From assembly GCA_030390025.1 (NCBI GenBank), contig CM059431.1, positions 32,054,001 to 32,118,000 on the forward strand: 64,000 nt of DNA, written 5' to 3'. The notes under the pieces were generated by a model, which was not told the origin of the DNA, searched no databases, and saw only the letters and a list, made by a program, of their open reading frames with translations. The stretch's first letter is position 1, and each line of letters begins with the position of its first letter. Made by a program: the position numbers and the translations under genes. This DNA is from Squalus acanthias. Taxonomy: Eukaryota. Shown one piece after another: positions 51,001 to 60,000 of the stretch.

Positions 51001-54000
51001 GGACATTGAGCTATACACAGAATGTCATCCTTGTGTCCCCGTTTCTAGGAAGAGACATAACTTTATAATAGGCATGATGTACTTAAGGTGTATATTCAAA
51101 TAAATATATGCTCTTGTTTTCATAATGCCTGTTCAAGAAGTTAGCTTAACGAGATAGGACATAAAGTGGCAGCCTGTGAACTTAGTGAGTGGTAGCCAGC
51201 TTTGCAACATATAACTTCGTGCAATTATATTTTCAGAAATGGCACTAGTATTTTAAAAGTTAATTTAATAGCAGCACTTAGATTTTGAATTGGGGTGGGG
51301 AGAGAGAATTAGGGACAGACTAGTACTAAACACTGTCTCAAACAATTATCCAGAATCATTTAATGTAGTTGGTGTGATTGTTATATCACCCAATCGGGAT
51401 TATTTTTATTAAACCATGTACAAACTTACTTCAAATGGAAGAGTCTGAAAAAAATAACTAATTTTCTTCATAATTTCTTATTATGAGGGATTTGAAGGGA
51501 AGATGGGTAAACATGAGGGAGAAAGGAATCGAAGGTTATGCTGATAAGGTTAGATGAAGAGGGGTGGGAGGAGGTTTGTGTGGAGCATCAACACCAGCAT
51601 TGACCAGTTGGGCCGAATGGCCTGTTTCTGTGCTATGCATTCTATGTAATTCTATGTTGATGGTCACTGGACTTCCCAGTGTGCGAGTCCTGTGGCTGTC
51701 ATGTGACTCCTTTTTGTCACATGACATCCACAGCACAGTAGTTCACTAGAAAAATGTTTCATTTTCTTACATATGATTAAAACAATGAATTTTCTGGCAG
51801 GTGAGTTTGTGACCTCAGTTAGCTGCAGAGTAAAAAGGGCGGTCGGCAAGTTTCCGTCGGGAATGGGGCACTACGTCGATTTTCCCAATTTTAATTGGTT
51901 TCCCGTCAGGCAGATTGTGTTAAAATCAGGGCCCCAAGTATTATGAAGATTCCTTACTGGGACTAGCTAATGGCCACAGGCATATTTGCATTATTTGACC
52001 TTATGCTACCTGTCTATTGTACAAATTATTGCTATGCCATCTTATTTTCTCTATGCTTGACTTGCACTGGTTAATTTGTATGAAGCTGGGTTTTGATTTT
52101 TTTTTTTAGCTCTATTTATTACTGTGAATGCCATTAGTAAATTAAGTATGCATTTCCCTGGGGTACATGGGAGGTTTCAAGTAGAGGCCATGCACTTGCC
52201 CATAGAGATCCATTGGAACACACAGTAGAAAGACTATGAATGAAAATAGTGGAGGATACATATCTTGCCCTAAAGTGCTGCATTCTGAAACCCAACTGCT
52301 ACAGGATTAAATCTAACCATTGCAGCCACATCTCAAACCAAGCCAATGAGCTGAAGTATCAAGTAGTGCTCCTTACCAGATCATCCTGCCAATGTGGCTG
52401 AGGAGGCTGAATATGATGATGGTCACCAAATGAATCCTGGACCAGACAAAGAAAAACAGAATATTTTAGAATTTAAAAATGTTACCATTTGTCCAGTTGT
52501 GTTAAAATACGCTTATAGAGCAAATACATCACAGTTATTAACATAAGTATCAACATTCACTGTGAAATGTGCTGCTGGAGAGGGCGCAGAGCACATTTGG
52601 AATCTAAGTTACTGGGCACTCCAGTCCAGAAAGTCCCAGATTCAATCTCTGACCAGTGCTGAGTTCACAGATCTCAGGTAGCTCAGCAGTGTAGGCATTA
52701 CATAGAATCTATAGCATAGAGACAGGCCATTAGGCCCAACTGGTCTATGCTGGTGTTTATACGCCACACTAACCCCATCCTACTCTAATTACCTCTTTCC
52801 ACCCTCCCCCTGTATCCCTCTATTCCCTTCTCCCTCATGTATGTAAGTAGGCATTACCAATTGAGCTCAGAATTTGTATGGGGATGAAAAATTATAGTTG
52901 CTGCTTCTGCTTACTATCCAGTGATCCCTGCTGGAACTGTGCACGTGTGGACACTGGATAGCAAAAGGTTTGAACTCTGCTGAGAGTCCTTCAAAACCTA
53001 ATTTAAATCCTAACAACACTGTAGCAAGTCAAAATGGGACTCATTGTCCAGGGTACTGGGTTGGGAACATTATTACAAACAAGTAAGACAATGTGCTAGC
53101 TGTGCCCACTGGGAAACTTGTCTGTAGCAAAGTCAGCATCAAGAAGGCAAAAGGTTCTTGTCCATGTAGTACACAACACCCAGCAGTGTATGGGACCGCT
53201 CCCTCCGCGACACCCTGGTCCACTCCTCAATCACCCCCAACAGCCCTTCCCCTTCGCCCGGCACCTTCCCGTGCAAGCGCAGGAGATGCAACACCTGCCC
53301 TTTTACCTCCTCCCTTCCCACTGTCCAGGGCCCCAAACACCCCTTCCAGGTGAAACAGCGATTTACTTGTACTTCTTGCAATTTAGTATACTGTATTCGC
53401 TGCTCACGATGCGGTCTCCTCTACATTGGGGAGACCAAATGCAGATTGGGAGACCGCTTTGCGGAACACCTCCGTTCAGTCCGTAAGGGTGACCCCGAGC
53501 TTCCGGTCACCTGTCACTTTAATTCTCCACTTCACTCCCACGCTGATCTCTCTGTCCTTGGCCTCTTACACTGTTCCAACGAAGCTCAACGTAAGCTCGA
53601 TGAACAGCACCTCATCTTTCGATTAGGCACTTTACAGCCTCTGGACTCAACATTGAGTTCAACAATTTCAGACTATAACCCCAGCCCCCATTATTCAGAC
53701 TGTATGATTCTGCCATCCCCATGTGCAACATTTAATCTTTCCTGCCTACTACCCTAGCACAGACTATTCCTTCAGATCTTCCCCTCCGCCACCCCGCCGC
53801 CCCCCACCCCCCTCCCTGCCTTTGCACCTGCTTAAAATCTGTTACATCTCTAGCCTTTTCCAGTTCTGAAGAAGGGTCCCAGACCTGAAATGTTGACTCT
53901 GTTTCTCTCTCCACGGATGCTGCCTGGCCTGCTGAGTGCTTCCAGCATTTTCTGTTATTTCAGATTTCCAGCATCCGCAATATTTTGCTATTGTATTAGT

Positions 54001-57000
54001 GTACATATCGAACGTATATAAACATAATTTATATCTGCCTTTAAATAAAGAATAGTTTATAATACAACTGGGATAAATTCCAGCAATACCACGATAGTTC
54101 AGCCAATTCCCTGTGCAAGTACAAGAACAAGGCTCAGGCCATCCTTCAAGAACAGCAAAGCAATTTCTGTTGAGCCCTCCTGCTAAGCAGAAATAAAACA
54201 AGTACATTGATCAAGCAGGTTATACAGAGTTTACTATAAAGTTCTTGTTTTTTCTCCATATTGATTATCATTGGCAGAATTTTGAATGATGCCTAATGAA
54301 GAGTGTTGGTGTTGCATCTCCAGAAGGGCACAGCAACATGAGAAAATGTTTTGCATTTGGTAGAGCACAGTGCAGCCAACCCATCGGTCAATGTGAGGGT
54401 GTGGTAAGTCACGCTGTGAAACGGACATTAAACTGATGAACAGGCTGGCTAGTTGGCTGCATGAGTTTCTTGTAAACGGAATGTTATTCTTTTAGGTCTC
54501 TGTATACCAACATTCAATGGTGTAAGCAGGTGCACAAAATTACATGTATTTATTTTGTTGGTGGTGGGAGGGGGAAATGTGCTGACTCAAAAGATATTAA
54601 AAAATTCCATTAAAAAGCCAGCTCCAAGAGGTATGTGTCCATGATTGTGTGTGGTAATAGCCCTGTGTGTGTGTTGGGGATCATATCCATGGCTATACAT
54701 CTACAGTCCCTGACCAATGCATAGGCAATTCACAACACACATCACTTCCTTCAAGCTCACATGAAGAAAGCCCGCACAGCTGCAGGTCAATGACAGCAAG
54801 TGCCATTCTACTATTACAACAGAGCTTACTGGTAGCTTGGAATTTGATCATTTAAGGTAGTTTTTGCAGTTACAAAAAATCAAAAGACTTCAGATTAAAA
54901 TGTAAATTGAAATATTAGTTGATCTTTTTGAGGCACTTACAGAATTTGAAAGCATCTTATAAAATAAGGCAGAAATGGGATTTGTGGAAATGAATTCCAG
55001 TTTAAGTCTCACACCCTGAATTTGTGGCTGCATGCTGTAATATTACAGATTCTAACATCTGTTACAGTACAGATGCTAGAAAGCAGAAGGCATAATTTGC
55101 TTGAGTGCTCCTATCCGATCTCAGCATAGTGGCTGAACGAGGAGTTGAATGGCACGTAGATGGAAGATATTGTCACAGTGAGGTGGACCAAGACCATGGA
55201 GGATGGATAGCCGGTGGAGATTGGGAAGGAAAGGAATGCTGGATGTATGAGATTTAGTGCAAATGTTCTAGATTAACTAGAAGGATGGAGGAAAGTAAAC
55301 AGTTGAAGAGAACTTGAGAAGCCAATCCTTGAGATGATGAAGTTAATGTTTAGGAGTGAAGAGCACTGAACTACTAGGACACAAAATATTCAGGAAGCAA
55401 ACATGCCTTACACTATCTACACACACAATACTCACACAGTATATGTTAATTCGTCTATCCCATCCAACAGCAAGCACATATCTGCAAAGGAATTCAAGAT
55501 ATGTGGTTGAGAACATGCAATGCAATTTCAAAGTATAATGCTAAAGCCAGTTGTTCACCAATCAAAAATATGTCTATGGCTCGGCAGGTTTAGACAGGAG
55601 GCTCTCAGATCCGGCCCATGGTCTGTATTAAATTAGCTGATCTCAGCTGGGATGGTGATGCCTTAGTGCCCCTGAGATGGGGAGGAGAAAATCAGCCTTG
55701 TTGCCACTCCCAGAAGCATTGATAGATTTGTAGAAAATATTGGTTAGTCCAGTTAGAGTGCCATGTGCAGCTTGGAAACCCCATTAAGAAAGGAAATGAA
55801 AGCCATAGAGAGCATATAGCATAAGGATTGGAAACTATAGTTCTGAGGAGAGACCTGAGGTACTGAGACTATTCCCACTGGAGCAGAGACGGCTAACAGG
55901 AAATTTTATAGAGGTTTTTTACATTATGAAAAGTTTTGATAGAGTGAAAAGGAAAACAAAATTTCCACTGGTTGGGAAGTCAATGATGAGAGTTCATGAA
56001 TTTAAAATGGTCATTAATAGAATGAGCAAAAAGGTTAGGAGCAGTTTTTTACTGCAGAGGGTTGTTGGGAGCATGGAATTGCATTTTTTTAAGGGAAAAT
56101 TTGATAAATATTTGAAGCAGAGTAAGATACAGGGCTGTACAGGAAAGAACAGAGCAATGGAATTAGTTTTGGATTGACAGTGATCTGGAGTTAAGAAAGT
56201 GCAGAATTGATGGCATAGGTTACCCATGAATAGTCCAGACTTCCTTTCACCCAGTTAATGGCATGAAAAGGGAATAACCGATCAGGAGGAGCACCAAGCC
56301 TACATAAGAATTATAGGCTGTGCATGGGGAACAGCAGTTGCACTTAATTTGGCCAATCTTGCGAGGCCATTAAACCTTTTCCTGCAATGTGGAGCAGTTC
56401 TTGGGGTGGTGGAGGTTGTACCGGCTACCTCAGCAACCATGCCCCATTGCATTTGCACAACCCTCTTACGTAGCTTCCTGTTCTCAGTCTCCAGGCGTCT
56501 GTCTCTTCTGGCCTTTACCTCTAGTAATACAAAAAAAATCAACAAATGAATCAGAAAACACGGTAGACCTGCCTGAGGCTGGCCAACCTTCCCCGCCCCC
56601 TCCACCCCGATGCAACTACTTCCTGTTATTGTTGCTCTTTTCAGCTGCTCCACTCCCCTACTGAAGAACATATGGCCCTTTAATCAACTGCAGCATTTTA
56701 AACGCAGAAGCAGTACTCCATTTCCCTCCCTCTAAGCAGTGGTAAACCAAGGGCCTCGAGAAACCTGTCCTGCATAATTATTAAGGGCCAGTCAAGTCAG
56801 GTTGAGTGGGTTAGCGGCAGCATCACGTTGGGAGACAGAAATCCCGCCTTGCTGCAAACGCACCAATGGGAAGATAATCCAGCCCAGGATCTGGCTGGAC
56901 TGTGATGCCCCCCATCTCTCCCCACAGGTCCAACAACCTGATAATCCCAGTCAGAGCTTACAAATGAAACTGGAGGGCAACCAGTACCTGCGGAACCATA

Positions 57001-60000
57001 TGCAGCGAAGAGTCAAGTACCATAGAGAGGGGTGGAAGTAATGCTGGTGAGAAAAGCACATATTTTGTCAAATTCTTCTTACAGTACTCACTTATTTTTG
57101 TGCATCTCCACGTAGATGCAGTCACAGATTTCATCACTTCGGCACTCTATAATAAGAACAATTAAAATGGACATTTTTTGTACTACAATATTTTTGTAAT
57201 ATTCAGAATCAGCATATATTTTATGTAATTGCTTTGCAAACATTTTAAGACGTTGTTGCTCCATGTCAATGTCATTTTGTGATGTGTGGCGTTCAGACTG
57301 TTGCAAATTATTTTTTAATCAGAGTACCTAATCATTAGCAACACTCTTCTGGTTTTATTCTGATTCATTGCAAGCTTGTGAATAATTTATATCAGTTCCA
57401 TGTAATATATGAGCCTAAAAAAATCAGTTATAGCTCGTATGGGGAGTTAAGATCAAGTGTAGTCTTCAGGTGAAGTGGGGTTAGAGAGTGGGGGATAATT
57501 GGACCAGAGTACACAGATGTAATTTAGACTGTCCATCTAAGCAGTCAGTTACACATTATATGGCTGCTTGTATCTTGATGAGGGTACCTCAGGTCACTTG
57601 AACCCCCCGCTTCTTCCAGATGCTGTCCCTACTGTTGCAATATTGTCGAAGAAGAATGGGGCCTCTTCCTGCTTAATGGGCCACTTCCTCTTGAAAGGGG
57701 CAGACTGTGGCACAAGGGGACTGGACTTAGAAGAAAGCAGGAGCTATGGAAGGGGAAGAAAACAACAGCTTCCTTAGAAAAGAGGGGGCGAATATAATAA
57801 TGAAGTGGCAATGCAGGAGGAGAGCAGAAGGGGATATAAACCCTAACCTCCGAGGAGCTGAACCCTTAGAAGCAGATGAAACCTTAGCAGGAGATGAACC
57901 TTGGCTGCCAATGATCAGTAGCTACCTGCTTGGCAGACGATAAGTTAATTGTGGGCGAGCTTATATATTGTTTGGCTATATTGCTGTTGTGTACATAAAC
58001 TGTTCTGTTCTATGCCGGCCTTTTTTTTCCTGAACTAAGCCACCTGAAGTGAGATTTATATGTGTGGAGAAATCTGATGCTAAATAAACAATTAATTATT
58101 CAAACTAATCTACTTATTGGTGTGGTAAACTGTACTCGAGACAAAAGCACGAGTCCCACCTCCCTGGCCAATGAACCGCAGTCTGGTTCACCAGAGATAG
58201 TTGACTAACATTCACTACAAGCCCACTGACTCCCACAGCTACCTGGACTACACTTCCTCCCACGCCGCCTCCTGTAAGGACTCTATTCCATTCTCCCAGT
58301 TTCTCCGTCTCTGCCGCATCTGTTCTGACGATGCCACCTTCCATACCAGTGCTTCCAACATGTCTTCCTTTTTCCTCAACCGAGGATTCCCCTCTACGAT
58401 GGTTGACATGGTCCTCGACCGTGTCCGTTCTATCTCCCGCACTTCTGCCCTCACCCTGGCCCCTCCCGCCCGGAACCACGATAGGGTTCCCCTTGTCCTC
58501 ACCTTTCACCCCACCAGCCTCCACATTCAACGGATCATCCTCCACCATTTCCGCCACCTCCAGCGTGATCCCACCACCAAACGCATCTTCCCCTCACATC
58601 CCCTTTCAGCATTCCGTAGAGACCGCTCCCTCCGCGACACCCTAGTCCACTCCTCTATCACCCCCAGCACCCCTTCCCCTTCGCCCGGCACCTTCCCGTG
58701 CAAGCGCAGGAGATGCAACACATGCCCTTTTACCTCCTCCCTTCCCACTGTCCAGGGCCCCAAACACCCCTTCCAGGTGAAACAGCGATTTACTTGTACT
58801 TTTTGCAATTTAGTATACTGTATTCGCTACTCACGATGTGGTCTCCTCTACATTGGGGAGACCAAACGCAGATTGGGTGACCGCTTTGCGGAACACCTCC
58901 GTTCAGTCCGTAAGGGGGACCCTGAGCTCCCGGTGGCCTGTCACTTTAACTCACCACTTCACTCCCACTCAGACCTCACCGTCCTCGGCCTCTTGCATTG
59001 TTCCACGGAAGCTCAGCGTAAGCTCGAGGAACAGCACCTCATCTTTTGATTAGGCACCCTACAGCCCTCTGGACTCAACATAGAGTTCAACAATTTCAGA
59101 TCATAACCTCGGCCCCTATCATATATATATTTTTTTTATCCGCACTTTTTGTTTGGCCTTTTTTTCTTCCCTCCCACATGGCAGCTGTCCTTCTGCCAGC
59201 GCAATTCACACTTCATCTAGAGCCATCCTTTGTTCCTTAACCTGTCACATTACCACCTCCTCTTGCCTTGAATATCTCTTAATGTCTCTTAATGTCTCTT
59301 AATCTCTCCTGCTTTCTATCCTATCACTGACCTTCCCTTTTGTTCTTTCATCTCCTCCCCCATTTCCCAGCCCCTAAACCTGCTTTAAAATCTATTCCAT
59401 TTCCTGCTTTTTTCCAGTTCTGACGAAAGGTCTTCGACCTGAAACGTTAACTCGGTTTCTCTCTCCATGGATGCTGCCTGGCCTGCTGAGTTTTTCCAGC
59501 GTTTTCTGTTGTTATTTCGCCAGAGATAGTGGTCAGTAGGGAGGTATTTGAGTTGAAGTTCTCGGGTCCTGACCCTATCAGCACTTGGTGAGCCAGTTGC
59601 CGAGTATGTATTTGTTGTTGTCACCAATAGGATACTAGTCTAATATTAGGGGTGTTGGAGCCCTGCATCCATATTTCCTGGCACGTGGAGAAATTCATGC
59701 ATAAGCCAACAGGATTTGACCTTTAACTTTATAAGTATCCTAATTTCCATGGACTTGAATCTAAACCCTGAAGAAGAAAAGCCCACTCATCAAGGTAAGA
59801 CGACACATGATCAGTGGTGTACATTCAAGGAGTTATTTTACAACTTCCAAAAAAAATATATTCCACTGAAAAGAAAAGGGTGTAAAAGAAAGAACAGTCA
59901 TCCGTGGCTAAGTAAAGAAATTAAGGATAGTATTCGACTAAAAACAAGGGCATATAAGGTAGCGAAATCTAGTGGGAGGACAGAGGATTGGGAAAACTTT

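Larger units (their letters stand above)
57500..59630 (+). mobile_element. Possible LTR-like segment hosting the Penelope insertion; boundaries uncertain
   Basis: TATA-like gggatataaaccc at ~57831, AATAAA at ~58083 and U5-like sequence after it; no convincing TG..CA with TSD found. Confidence 0.3.

Noticed and set aside
59585-59605. tggtgagccag as a tRNA-Arg primer-binding site of an LTR element
   Set aside because: The match is short and imperfect, is not directly preceded by a clear LTR-terminal CA, and no gag follows.
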